A stretch of DNA of 64,000 nucleotides from Anthoceros angustus. Taxonomy: Eukaryota > Plantae > Anthocerotophyta. Of this stretch, positions 46,843 to 60,722 are shown piece by piece (position 1 is the first letter of the stretch; every line of letters starts with the position of its first letter). The position numbers and the translations under genes were made by a program. Below the pieces are notes generated by a model, which had not been told where the DNA came from, searched no databases, and saw nothing but the letters and a program-made list of their open reading frames with translations. Location: assembly GCA_010909165.1 (NCBI GenBank), contig VJWM01000107.1, positions 310,001 to 374,000 of the forward strand, in the 5' to 3' direction.

Positions 46843-49800
46843 ATGTCGGGGAGATTAGTGGAGCTGGAGTATGACCATCCCCGGCGGGTGCGGGCGCGAG
46901 CCCACTGGGACATCCTGGTGGAGAAGAAGCTGCGAGCGTTCAGTGCGCAGACCAGGCAGAGCAGCAGCGAGTGGAAGCAGCCGATAGGCCTCGCGGCCGA
47001 GCTCCCGTCGACCATCGGGAATGCGCGCGTCGACACCGTGCTGGTTGTCGCAGACCGACTGCGGCGGTACAGTCAGCAGGTGGCTCGGATCTGTAAGTGG
47101 ATTGCGTGTGCCGCTGCTGTGGTGGATGGATTTTAGACTGGGGCCGGGGATGGAAGCCGGCCGCAGCCTGGCTTAGTGTTGTTCTGCATGTTTTGCAGTG
47201 TGTGAGTATGCTTACAGGCTCGCGCAGGAGCTGGATCCCAACAGCCAGCGCCGGGGGATGCTGCAGTTCAAGACGGGGCTCTTGTCCATCATCACGGTAC
47301 TCTTGGGAGGCTGTGGAGGCTGTCTGCTTCTGTTTGCGGGGGGACGTCCAACTGACCATGGTGAATCGGCTCTTCTGGCAGCAAAAGAAGTCCAAGAAAG
47401 AGGGGCAATCCATTGACCGCAGGCAGGATGCTATTCTCATAGCGGATTTCTATAAGGCCTACAGGAAGAAGATTGACAAGCTCGAAGCTGAGGAGGAGCA
47501 GTGGCATGAACGCTCTAATCAAGGGGACGGGGCTCCTGCAGCGTTGGTTCCTGGCCTGCTTTCTTTGCGGACATCGTGACTTGAAATTTTCAGCCCGTCC
47601 ATGCCGTTCTGCTTGTATAACAGTTTCTGGCAGATATGCAGTGTGCCAGTCGGGCCACCTGCTCCGCTTGCACCTGTTGCGACTCACTGGATTTCTATAT
47701 GTGAGCAGGGAATCGAAAAAAAGAGTTGCCAAGATTAAGGATGGGTATCAAACGTTCAGAGTTCTGAATGAGGTGCTGGATGCCCTCATCCCCAATAGGG
47801 AGGAGAAGAAAGCGCTCCTTGACGAGCAACAGGTATCTTTGCTGCTGCTGAGCATTCAGGTCTGTGCAATGCTCTGTGCTTGTTCCAGAACAGTTGAGGT
47901 CTATCTCGCTTCATATTTTCTTCTTGGGGTCGCTGGTCACAAATACCTTGTCCCAGGGAGAAGGTCAGGAGAGGATAGACATAGAGAGCGATGCAGCTAA
48001 AGCTTCAGAGTACAAGCCATACAATATTCTGCCTTTGGAGACACCAAATGCGACTCATCTCTTTGAATTCCTGCCTCAGGTGATTTGACTTCTGCCAATT
48101 TCTGCTCACCTTGGCCGAGCATGTTGTGATGCTCATTGTAGCAGGAAAACGAAGCCTGCTTGTGAAAACAAGGGACTCCGTTTTTGCAGGTTAAAGGAGC
48201 TCAGTCTGCGCTGTATCTGGAGGATGGGGATCGGGATCGGCGTTGGGATCGGCAGCAGGATCGTTTGCCTGCACTTCCACGCACTGTTCCCCGTCCCAAT
48301 CAACGGTCTGAAGATATGCTGGATCTTCTGCAGTATATTTTTGGTTTCCAGGTACCTTCGGATCCCACAGCGTGCTGTTTGCATCCATGCTGTTGTATCT
48401 CGTTTGCTGACTTGGTAAAGCATTTAGAATGTAGGTTGTCTTGTAGGTTACTCATGAGCATGACCCGTAACTGCTCCATTCTGCTTCTTGACAGAAAGAC
48501 AATGTGAATAACCAGCGGGAACATCTCATACTCTTGCTTGCCAACACTCATGCTCGTGTTTCACATCCGGATGGTGGGGTGAGCCTGCTACATTCTCCTT
48601 TATTTTTCGAAAATTATTCTTGTCTGCAGCACACAACTCCAACTAGGAGACTTTTCAAGGCCTTGCCGAGACAGTAACTCACTAACTTTGGACATTGGTA
48701 CCCTCTCACTGATGCCTGTCTCTGTGATCGAGCAGGCAAATGATCTTGCAGTTCACCGTTTGCATGATAAGGTCTTACAGAACTACCAGAAATGGTGCAC
48801 CTATTTGAGGAAGGAATCTGCATGCAGAAGGTATGTTGTGAAAAATAATTTTTCCTCTTTATGGGAGTTGCAGACAGGCCTGGGCTACATGAATATGCTA
48901 CCACTAGTGAGTTGTATTCTCAGCCTGGAGGGCTGTCTTCTCCTTTTCAACCTCAACAAATCAGCTAAGGATCTCTGATTCCTGCATGGGAAGGATGATG
49001 GATACTCATCTAATCATGTGCTGCTTCTGGGATGATGCAGGGGGAATTCTGTGCAGGTCAAGCTCCTTTTGACGGCCCTTTACTTACTGATATGGGGTGA
49101 AGCAGGAAATATTCGATTCCTACCTGAGTGTCTCTGTTACATATTTCACAATGTAAGGAATGGCCACAATTTCTTTGGTGCCAAATCTCATGAACTGAGG
49201 AACATCCACAGGCTTTGACACAATGGTTGAGGTGGGGCTTTTCCAGATGGCTTTTGAGCTGCTCCAGCAGTTAGATAACACTGTAGCAGTTCATGCGAGC
49301 GGAGTTGGTGATGGAGATCACGAGTTTCTTGACCAAGTTATAAAGCCTTTATATGGCGTAGTTGCTGCAGTAAGTAACTTTATACTATTTTCTGAAGTGG
49401 TTTTGGTTTCAGTGCGACACTTTTCAGGCATGTGCAGTGCTAAGGTGTGGCCAATGTTTGTTTATGAGTTGATGGATTGTCTCCCAGGAAGCTAAGTATG
49501 GGAAGGGCAAGAGCCACACAGAATGGAGGAATTATGATGATCTCAATGAGTATTTCTGGTTGGTGTACACATGCGTTTGGGCCCATAAGCATTGAAATAT
49601 CATTGACTTCTTACATTCCTGGTTCCTTACGTTCTCCGATAGTTGAAGAACTTGCTTTTAAAGTAATGCACTGACTGTCTGACTCATCATCTCTTGCTAG
49701 GTCGGATCACTGCTTTTCACTTGGATGGCCAATGTCATTGAATAACCCTTTTTTTACGAAGCCTTCCGAAGTATGATGCTGCAGCTCTGTTGTGATGGTG

Positions 49801-52800
49801 TAATATTGTGACTGCCCGATCTGTCATATGAACAGCTCGTTTGTCTGCTGGATTTTCTAGTTTTATGTGTATTGTACTTCTCGCTTGCAGGAATCTGGTT
49901 GGAGGTGGGGTGGACAGAGGGGAAGGATGGGTAAAACTTTGTTTGTGGAGCACAGGACCGGACTTCACATCTATCATAGCTTCCACCGGCTTTGGATTTT
50001 CTTCCTAATCATGTTGCAGGTAGGTCTTAGGTGAATCATTTACGCTGCAACTGTTGTCACAGCTGGTGCTGTGTGCTCATACAAGTCATCATTGCAGATC
50101 TTAGCGTTAATTGCTTTTACCAGCAAGCTTCATGGTTGGCACCGAGCCAGACTAATTTTGAGCTGTGGGCCAACATACTTGTCATTGAAGCTCATTCAGT
50201 GTATGTATGTGAGGTGTTGTTCTGGCGGCTTCCTTAAAATCTTCTGTAGTTTAATGTATGAGTCCTGGTCAGAGTGCACTGTTGGATCTACCTGTTGGTT
50301 CCTGGTTGGGCTCATTGAATTCTTTCTGAAAATTTATGTTGCAGCTGTTCTTGATGTGCTTCTGATGTTTGGAGCGTACAAGAGCACTCGAGGTCAAAAT
50401 GTGGCAAGGGTGTGTGTGCGATTTCTTTGGTTTCTGGCGTTATCAACTGCCATCATATTTGTCTATGTGTATGTATTCCAGTTCACTACTTACGTGCCCT
50501 TCTTTACATTGTACTTAATTTGGATTTACTGTCTTCCGTGTTTTTGAGAAAATGTTGGTTTCTTACTGTGATGGGTCATTCTTCTGTTGCCAGGAAGGTG
50601 ATGAGTGAAGCGAATCTCAACAAGACCTCGGCACTTTTCAATATCTACATCCTTATCATTGGAGTGTATACTGCTGAAGTGGTGGCTGTTGAGTTCATCT
50701 CCCGCATCTCAGCACTTCGCCTTCAAGTAGACAAAATTGAGACCTGGGGCATCATACGCTTCATCAGCTGGGTTCATCAGGTGGTCCTTAGAAAATGCCG
50801 CCCTCTTATTCTACTGGAGTTGAAAGCTTGTCTGGAGGATACTGAGCATCTTAGGAGTAGAGATTTTTTTGAGAGCTGACAGCATTTGGTGCAGGAACGA
50901 TTCTATGTTGGAAGAGGCATGTACGAGACAACCAAGGATTTTATCATGTATGTCTTTGTTGTCAGCCAATGGTTTCCTGGCGATGTTGTTACAAATTTGT
51001 TAACAACTTCCTTCTTGCTAACATTAGATTCACTCTGGAACAGCTATGCTGGATTCTGGTTTGTCATATTGGCTGCCAAGTTTTCCTTCAGCTATTTCTT
51101 CCAGGTATATGTTTTGCTTAGCTGACAGTGTTTCACTTTTGTGCGGGAAGGGTTCTACCCCATGAATGTTCAACCAAAACGTAACCTGAATGTTCAACCA
51201 GATTAAACCTTTGGTGAATCCGACTAAGGTCATATATGACAAAAGGATTCTAGAATACAACTGGTACTCCTTCATCTCAAAAAGTAAGCAAATCCTGACT
51301 TTCTGGATGTTGTGTATGTTGTGTGATCAGCTCTTGTAGGTTCTTGTTTCTGAAAAAGTAAGAACCTCCTGACTTCAGAGTCAGGGGTTGTTGTTGATTC
51401 TGAGACCAATAGCTCTACTCTGCCCTTTTCTTGTCCTGCAGATAACCACAATACGTGGACTTTGGTATCACTGTGGGGACCAGTTGTTCTGGTATGACCT
51501 TTTCAGCTCTCTTGGAACTGCTTCTTTCAGGCCGTTTGATTAAAATATCTTTTCATTCTATCTATTGCGTTCAGGTTGATCTCACCACTTCGAAGTGCGT
51601 TGACTGTTTCTGGTGCAGATCTACTTTCTAGACACACAAGTGTGGTACACTGTTTTCTCAGCCATTTGGGGTGGTGTTGATGGAGCAATCATGCATCTTG
51701 GAGAGGTGTGTGTCAGCTTCTCTTCTTACAAGTTCTACATTAGGCGTCTCTTTTACCTGCTGTGATCGATCTCTTGTGATTTGTGAGTTCCAATCACCCT
51801 GTGAGTGGTCTGCATCTGTCTCTTCAGATCCGTTCACTCAATATGCTCCGCAATCGGTTTCGCTCTTTCCCTGAGGAATTTGTCAAAAAATTAGTTCCTG
51901 CTGCAATAAGGACACAGATGTGAGACACTGAAGACTGTAGAGCTCATTTTGTCTCCTCTATGAAAGTGTGGACGCTTCTGTTTATTTCTTTGACTTTGCA
52001 AGACCTGATATTGAACTAGTGAAAGTGGTTTGATGATCATGCAGAACTTCAGGTGCACAGGTAACTTCAAGAGTGGTGCATATTTCACTTGCTTGCAAAT
52101 GCTTTTGCGCAAAACAAAGAATTTAGTGATGGTTCTCATGATGGACTAGGGAGTTTGGTTATCTGCATGCCGAGACCCAAAGTGATTTGGAACATATTGT
52201 GCTGCTAGGAGTCACCCATCCTTTCTCTCCTGCCAATTCCCTTATAGGTCATGAATAGATGGTGTAGTAGTTATTTGGGAGTATGAGTCATTCTCTGCTC
52301 CTTAATCTGCCGGTTGTGTCGCATCAATTTGCACAGAGTGGGAGATCCGATGCTCAGAGGTTTGCTCCCATCTGGAACGAGATCATCAGGAACCTCCGAG
52401 ATGAGGACTACATAAGCAACAGGTGAAAGTTTGCCACCTCTACTGACTCTCATCGTTCTCTTCCAAGGGCTTTAACATCCCTGCTTCAGACGAGTAGTGT
52501 ATTGTGTGTTAGATCATTTTGTGATAAAATGCTGTCATGTCTGTGTCTTCCCTCCTACTTGTCTATGTAGGGAGAGAGACCTGCTCTTGATGCCCAAGAA
52601 TATTGGGAGCTTGCAAGAGGTGCAGTGGCCCTTATTTCTCCTCGCCAACAAGGTGAGCACCACCATCACCAGATTGAATTTCTCATCTACGCATATGGGT
52701 CCTTGAAATTGGAATTTTCATGCAGATTGCACTGGCGAGCAATCTGAGTGGTGAGCATAGAGGTTCACAACAAGAGCTTGAAAGGGAAATATCACATGAC

Positions 52801-55800
52801 CAGTACATGTTAGCTGCGGTGAGCGAAGCTTATGCAAGTGTACGGCAAATGCTGCAGAGATTGGTGCAAGATCCCGTTGAGCAAACCTGGTGCAGTACTT
52901 CTTTTCCTAAAACTTATTTTGGAAGAGCAATTGGATGCAAAACTATTAGCATACGTTCAAGGTAGTTTGGCAAGGCTATGTAGTGGTAAGCTGCTGCACC
53001 ATGGAGCTCAGGCTTTTTCCACGTTGTATGGGCAGGGTGCTGAATGTATTTCAACTGATTGACGAAGCCAAGGCAAATTCAGCTCTGGTTGGTGATCTTA
53101 ATTTGAAGAAACTTGGCGGTCCAGATGGGCTTGTTTCAAGATTGGGAGTCCTGACAAAGAATCTGATGGATCTGGAGGGCATTTCAGTCCGTATTGCCAA
53201 CCTTTTGACCTTAGTCTTTATGTTGCATAATGGTGAGGCAGCTGGTGGTTAATTTGATTTTGGTTACTCTAGGATGAAGATATACCCAGGAAGCACAATG
53301 AGATCACAAAGACGCTCGCGAAAATCTTTGAGAATGTTATGCAGGATGTGTTCGGACATCAGCTCAGGTGGTGTTCAATCTTTCTTTAAGCTACAGTCCT
53401 TTTCCATGGTGGGTCCTTTGGGTTGTGTCTTATCACCGCGTTCTGTATCCATTCCAGAGAGAAATTTCTCAGCTCTGATATTATGAGGAGAGCTAGGGAG
53501 GAACCAGAGCTGCTGTTCTCAAATATCAACTGGCTGTCAACGCCTGAAAAGGTTGGACAAAACTGATTCTGTACATAATCAAGCTCTTTTGGCTGATTGT
53601 GGGGTTTGATGGCAGCATGAAGAGATGGTAAGGCTCTATCTACTATTGAGTATCAAGGTTTCTGCTTCGAGTGTACCAAGGAATGATGAAGCTCGGCGGC
53701 GCCTCGAGTTCTTCTCCAACTCTCTTTTCATGGACATGCCTGCAACACCATCACTCCAAAAGATGTTCTCGTTTAGTGTACTGACTCCTTACTATGAAGA
53801 AGACGTAATGTTCAGCTATGCTGCACTGAACAAGCCTAATGAAGATGGCATCACAATACTTTTCTACCTTCAAAAGATATTTCCAGGTAACGAACTGCAT
53901 CCTTTTATGTAGGGCCCACATATGCAGTTTCAACTGAGCATGTCCTGATGTTCCTCCATTCGAACCCAGAAAGCCCTAGTCGTGGGTGAGGTTACTTGTA
54001 ATGTGCAATAACTTTGGTTTTGGTTGTCTGTGTAGATGAGTGGAATAATTACTTGGAGAGGGTGTTCCCCAAGCAGTCGCTGAAACATGCTGATCGGGAG
54101 AAATATTTTGCGGATCATGTAAACTTGCACAGGAAGAACTCAAGGGACACGAGGGAAAAAGTGGACACTCATGATGAAGGCCCAATTCTGCAGCTCCGCC
54201 TCTGGGCTTCCTACAGAGGCCAAACATTGGCACGAACTGGTATAGATGAGGCATATCTTAACAAATTCCTTTATCCACTGTCTGCTTGTGTATCCTTGTT
54301 TGGACCTGAGGTACAGTTCAGTGTTGCACTCACCTTGCTATCTGTCCGCAGTGCGTGGGATGATGTATTACAGGAGTGCTTTAATGCTCTTGAGTCAACT
54401 CGAAGATGCACCAGCTCGAGGTACCTAGCTTTTATCACAAGTCTGATGAGTTGTTATCAATCTTATCAGCTTTTGAAACTGTTGCGGGGTGCTACAGATG
54501 AAGAGGCTGGAATTAGGCCAGCCTTGGGAACCATGCCCCCTTCACTTAGAGCACAGTCTGTGGCAGACATGAAGTTTTCATATGTTGTGAGTTGCCAGAT
54601 TTATGGGTCGTTGAAGAAAAGTTCAGACCCTGCTAAGCTGCAGAAAGCTGCTGACATTGGCTATCTTCTGAGATCGTAAGTAGGATAGTGCCATTCTGTT
54701 GTTGTTTCATATCTAGCATATTTGGAACAGTGTCCAGTATTCTCTTGCTACTTTGCTACTGTTTGTGTGAATGATGTTGTGTATATGGATCCTTTTAGCT
54801 CTGATATGCTGAGCAATTTGATGACCTTTACCTTGTGCGCAGCCACGAGGGATTGAGAGTGGCCTACATCCATTCTGAAGAGAAAACAGTTGATAATAGA
54901 CCGACCAAGATGTTCTTCTCAAAGCTGGTTAAAGCAGATGCTGTAGGGGAGCAGGTATAAGTCGGTTCAACCATGTCAAGCTATTTTCGGGGCATTTGGA
55001 GAACAAGGTGTTTCTGACCTCTACCAAGGTTCGTTTGCCAGGAGATCTATTCAATCAAACTGCCAGGAGACCCACTGCTTGGAGAAGGGAAACCTGAAAA
55101 TCAGAATCATGCCATTGTATTTACAAGAGGAGATGCTATACAAACGATTGATATGAACCAGGTAACGTAGACATGTTCATGGAGGTTGATGTTTTGCTCT
55201 ATTGTAGCAGGTCAATGGATGTGTGGCATGTTATTTTGCAGGATAATTATTTTGAAGAGACTGTGAAGATGAGGAATCTTCTACAGGAGTTTGATGTGCA
55301 GCATGGGTTACGTAAACCATCAATTCTGGGTGTCCGTGAGCATGTATTTACTGGAAGGTTAGTGTCTCTTGCTTCATGTCGATGCTGTATGACTGTCATG
55401 CCGGCCTATTGGTTGTTCAAGCAGGTCTCTCTGCACATGACTGAGTGGGCTCCTCATCTTCATTGCTGGCAACAGCGTCTTTGCCAGCTGCCTGACGATG
55501 TCCAGCTGTTTCCAGTGTCTCTTCGCTCGGATGGTTTATGTCTAATCAAGAAACAAGTTTTGTGACTTTAGGGCAGAGAGTGTTGGCCAAACCTCTGAGG
55601 TGAGCTCACAGCTTTAGGTGAGGTTGGAATGCGAAGTTGAAAGAAGGAAAAGGCTAACTGAATTTTCCTGGTGCAGAGTACGGATGCATTACGGTCATCC
55701 AGATGTATTTGACAGGATATTCCATATCAGCAGAGGTGGAATAAGCAAAGCGTCAAAAGTCATCAATATAAGTGAAGATATCTATGCAGGTGCTCACATA

Positions 55801-58583
55801 ATTATCGAGTTGGATGTTGACCAGTTTCAAATTCAGAGGCACATTATTTTACCTGTATGTCGATTTTTAAAATTTGCAGTTTTTAATTTGTAGGCTTCAA
55901 TTCCACTTTAAGGCAGGGTAATGTGACACATCACGAGTACATCCAGGTCAGTGGCTAGTGGCTTCCGAACTTGGAGCAACAGCATTTTCAAACTTTGTGT
56001 GCCGAAAAGATTTCTCACCTTTTAATGTTGCAGGTTGGCAAGGGACGTGATGTGGGGTTGAATCAGATTGCAATTTTTGAGGGGAAGGTTGCAGGCGGAA
56101 ATGGTGAACAAGTCCTGAGCAGAGATATCTATCGCCTGGGCCAGCTTTTTGACCCCTTTAGAATGTTGTCGTTCTTCTATACTTCTGTTGGGTTTTACAT
56201 TTGTACTATGGTGATTCTACGATACCCTCCATGATTTTAAGTCTATCTTGTTTGTGCTTGAGAGAAGCACATTTAGGGGAAGGGCCTGACTTTTGAAAAT
56301 TAATTGTCATGTCAGATGACCGTTCTTACTGTTTATGTTTTCCTCTATGGCAAAGTATACCTGGTGAGCTGCTGCTTTTCTCTTGTTTGGAAGGGTAGGA
56401 CCTCACTTTTGCATTATTCTTTCACGCTTTTTTCAATATGTTTGGTTAAATTTGTGTCAGGCATTGTCTGGAGTGGAAACTAGTCTTTCAGAAGAGGAAA
56501 CCAACAATAAAGCTCTACAGACTGCCCTTAATACGCAGTTTCTGTTCCAAATTGGTGTCTTCACTGCCGTTCCGATGATCATGGGCACCATTCTTGAGCT
56601 GGGTGTCTTGAAAGTACTTGCTGCATTCCCCATGCTACCCTTGACACAGTATGTCGAACTTATTAGCAACTTTCGTTGCTTACATTCTGTGGCTGTGGCT
56701 TTTGGCAGGCTTTTACCGGTTTTGTGACAATGCAGCTTCAAGCTGCATCTGTGTTTTTCACTTTCTCTCTGGGAACCAGAACCCACTACTTTGGCAGAAC
56801 TATTCTTCATGGAGGTGCCAAGGCATGAACTTCTTGCCTTTACTAGTGGTTGCTATGCAAGTCCTTGAATTTCACAATTGTCGTTCGAGTGTTTGCTTTG
56901 TCAAAAATCGAATTGGATCACTGCAGTATCGAAGCACTGGAAGAGGATTTGTTGTGCAGCATATCTCATTTGTTGAAAACTACAGATTGTTTTCCCGTAG
57001 TCACTTTGTCAAAGGGTATGTCCTGCTGAATGAGTTGTTTCAGTAACTCGGGTCATGATTGCTTTGCTCTCATGTTGCATAAACAGTCTTATGCCTTCTA
57101 CTGACGTGGTACCTGGATTTGCCAGGCTGGAGGTTGCACTCCTCTTGATAGTGTATGCTGCATACGGCTCTAGTAAAGGAACCGTTAGCTACATACTCCT
57201 CACATTCAGCAGTTGGTTCCTTGCCCTTTCCTGGCTTTACGCACCCTTCCTCTTCAACCCATCTGGATTCGAGTGGCAAAAGTAAGATTCAGTTGTTGTT
57301 GAACTGAGTCAGTAGCTGTTGTCCTTTTTCTTGTGGCTGAGGACTGACATGTGCGGTCGACTGTTGTGCAGAGCGGTGGAGGACTTTGACAACTGGAGCA
57401 ATTGGATCTTCTACAAAGGCGGCGTAGGGGTTAGCGCTAATGAAAGCTGGGAAGCATGGTGGGAAGATGAGATTGTGAGTTGGTGTCTAAGAGACCCATT
57501 TCTTGTATTTCTTTCCTTGTATGTTTGGATCGGATGATTCCTGCTATTCTCGTGTAACTCCGCGGACATGTCTACCAGTCGCACATCACGACATTCCTAG
57601 GTCGAGTTTTGGAGATCATCTTAAGCTTGCGTTTCCTCATCTTTCAATACGGTGTAGTGTATTCATTGAACGTAACAGGAACTGATAATAAACTCAATGT
57701 AAGTTCTTGTTTTAACTGCAAGGGAACTTGAGGGTTTATGTTAATTTAGCGGCTGTCTTCTTACGAGAATGGTGGCTGTAGGTGTACGGGATATCCTGGT
57801 TGGCATTGGCTGGTCTGCTGGTGCTGTTTAAGGTATGTGTTTGCTCCTTCTTTTGCGTCATCAGGTGTATCTCTATGAGTCTGACTTAGTTGTAGTTGTG
57901 GGGGTTGAGCTGTTAACACCTCTTCTCTTGTCGTGTGATTCTGAAGGGCTTTACGATCAGCCAGAGAGCAGCGGCTAGATACCAATTGCTTCTTCGGTTT
58001 GCCCAAGCCCTTGTATTCGTTGGCGCCCTGATCACGCTAGTTTTGCTTATTGCTTTAACACCCCTTACCCTCTCCGACGTATTTGCTGCCTCTCTTGCGG
58101 TTCTTCCAACGGGGTGGGCTGTTTTGTCGGTGAGTTTGTGTTCCGTGGCTACGCTTTCACAGATTTTGTTGTTTTTAGCGTAAGGAAATAGACATTTTGC
58201 GTAGGTGATAGTTAATCCATTATGTTTCTTTACAGATGTGCGTGGCAATCAAGCCAGTGGTTAAACGATTGGGTTTGTGGAAGACGGTACGGTCTTTGGC
58301 ACGGTCTTATGACGCGTTATTCGGGATGTTGATATTTGTGCCGATTGCAGTTCTATCGTGGTTCCCATTTGTTTCCACCTTCCAAACCCGTCTGGTGTTC
58401 AACCAAGCCTTCAGCCGCGGTCTTGAGATATCCCTTATTCTAAGTGGGAAGCAGGAGGAAGAATCGGAGCAGAGGAGGGAACGAGTTGTCTGCCAAGGGT
58501 GTCAGCCAGAGATAGTTGGGCAGAATAGGGTAGTTTGCTTCAAGTGCAAGAATGTGTTGGGGCAAGGCAAGAAGGAAGATTGA
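46843..58583 (+). CDS. CALS: Callose synthase (1,3-beta-glucan synthase, GT48), GSL8/GSL10-like clade, multi-exon
   Basis: Ordered exon peptides LCEYAYRLAQELDPNS..LQFKTGL, LLIWGEAGNIRFLPECLCYIFH, EARRRLEFFSNSLFMDMP, FSVLTPYYEEDV, LRLWASYRGQTLART, GEGKPENQNHAIVFTRG, LGVREHVFTG, RMHYGHPDVFDR, GKGRDVGLNQI, NPSGFEWQK and QTRLVFNQAFSRGLEIS. Not every exon boundary was resolved. Confidence 0.96.
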
Positions 58584-58727
58584 CACGGCTGGGCGACTCA
58601 TTATTTTTTTGCGTAGTACTTCGACTCATTACTTTATACGTAACACCTAATTTTCTGAGCTCATATTGTGATGGGTGTTATCTGTGATATGGGATCCCGG
58701 AGTCTCAACTTGGTAAGTAGGAGAGAG

Positions 58728-59020
58728 GACTCCAGCGGTAGTGCGGATGTGGCCGAGTCTCGTCTCTCCAGCTCGCTTATGCCCGAGATGGGGACAGGGC
58801 GGCCGAGCTTGAGAGCAGCTGTGTTCCGAAGCCCTTGCTTGCACGCTGTACAAGTTTTGTCCAGAGGGATGACTCCAGAGGTAGTGCGACAGGCAGGCAG
58901 ATGTGACCGAGCCTCGTCTCTCCAGCTCGCTTATCCCCGAGATGGGGACAGGGCGGCCGAGCTTGAGAGCAGCTGTGTTCCGAATCCCTTGCTTGCACGC
59001 TGTACAAGTTGTAGTCCAGA
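58728..59020. repeat. ~145-bp tandem duplication, two copies
   Basis: GACTCCAG.GGTAGTGCG...CTCGTCTCTCCAGCTCGCTTAT.CCCGAGATGGGGACAGGGCGGCCGAGCTTGAGAGCAGC...GTACAAGTT starts at 58728 and 58871. Confidence 0.9.
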
Positions 59021-59595
59021 AATGTGGCATTTTAGGTGGTCCAGTTTTGAAGAAAAGTGTGTCCCTCACGCCCAATCAAATTGAACGCCTGTGAAGTTGT
59101 TGTCGGCGTACGTTTCTCGTCTGGCGCCCTGCGAAGACGCGAGCGCAGTGTGACCAACCCCCGTACCAACACCAACTTCCCGCGGCCCGCGCTTGCACCG
59201 ACGTCGCACTCCATAAGCGAGGGCCGGGCCGGGCCGGCGATGGCATCACACACAAATCCTCTCCTACCGCAACTTGCAAAGTGCAAGAAGCCTCACCATC
59301 TTGCCTGCCTAGCACCGGGAGGCGGGAGTGGGGAGTCGGGAGCCGGGAATCGGGAATCGGGAATCGCGAATCGGGAATCGAGATTGCCACTTGCAACATA
59401 AAGTACCTCGGGAGCCGGGGTCTGGAGCGGAGCTCTGTCATGTCATGCCATGCCATGCGAGCACGCGAGGGATTTGATATCATTCGAAGATACTAATTAT
59501 ACACCAAGTTCCAATTTCCAGATACGTACTCCTCCTGCAGCCAAATGAGCGATGAGCGGACACACAAGTTGCCGACGCCACTACTCACAAGTACG

Positions 59596-59694
59596 AGCCC
59601 AAGCCCAAGCCCAAGCCCAAGCCCAAGCCCAAGCCCAAGCCCAAGCCCAAGCCCAAGCCCAAGCCCAAGCCCAAGCCCAAGCCCAAGCCCAAGC
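59596..59694. repeat. (AAGCCC)~16 hexanucleotide microsatellite
   Basis: Read directly from sequence. Confidence 0.97.
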
Positions 59695-60619
59695 AGGGTA
59701 TGTACATACATACATACGTCAAAGCCGCCCTTGGATGCGTTGGTCCGTAACGCATCCGACAGATGGCGCAGGCTGCAGACTACCTCGATAGGGATACGGA
59801 TAGGGATAGGGATAGGGACACACACCGTATGTATACCCGACCCCCTTTATCGCATCGCCCGCACTATCTGTCCAGCCAAGTACATACATACATTGTACAT
59901 ATGTACCCAAAGGACTTCCTTCTCCTGCTCCCTTTTACTCCTTACAGTGCGGTACATACATATGTACGTAGCACCCGTCCCGGCGTGGCCCTGCCGTGCC
60001 GGAGTCAAACTCACACATAATAACCCGGCCGGAAGCGGGCAGCGGGCAGTTGGAGTGGTAGTCTACAAGCCACTCTCATAGCCTCCTTTCCCGGCCCCGC
60101 AACTCTCAAGTCAAAAGTAACCCAACCCAACCCAACCCACATCCCTCATTCCTGCTCCTCCTCCTGCTCCTGCAAGCAACCGTGAGCAGCATGCAAGCTG
60201 TCGAGCAAGTCAGTCCAACCACACGCCCAAGCCGCACCCTCTTCACATGATACGTCAAGGTATGGGAAGAGTTAAAGAGATCAGAACTGGCAGCCGTGTG
60301 TTGGAGGCGGCCCCAACTTCAAGTTTATTCAAAACAGTCTCTCGCTGAATGCCCAATGCCCGATGCCCATTGCCCAATGCCATGTGCCCACCCCAGGAGT
60401 CCAGGACCTACATGTAGTCTGGTCTGGTCTACACACATCCCGATCAGTGGTCAGTGACTCTCACACGCCTGCGCCGCAGCCCTGCAGCCCCGCATCCCCG
60501 CAGCCCCGCAGCCCCTCTACTGGCCCAACTTCCACGTGGGTGCAGCGCGGCTCGGGCCCCGCCTCGATACAAGATACAACGTGAAGGAGAATCCCGGCAT
60601 GCGCATGCACCTCACCAGC

Positions 60620-60722
<103 letters not shown>

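Noticed and set aside
59596-59694. Interstitial telomere
   Set aside because: The unit GGGCTT differs from the plant TTTAGGG and TTAGGG telomere repeats; treated as an SSR.
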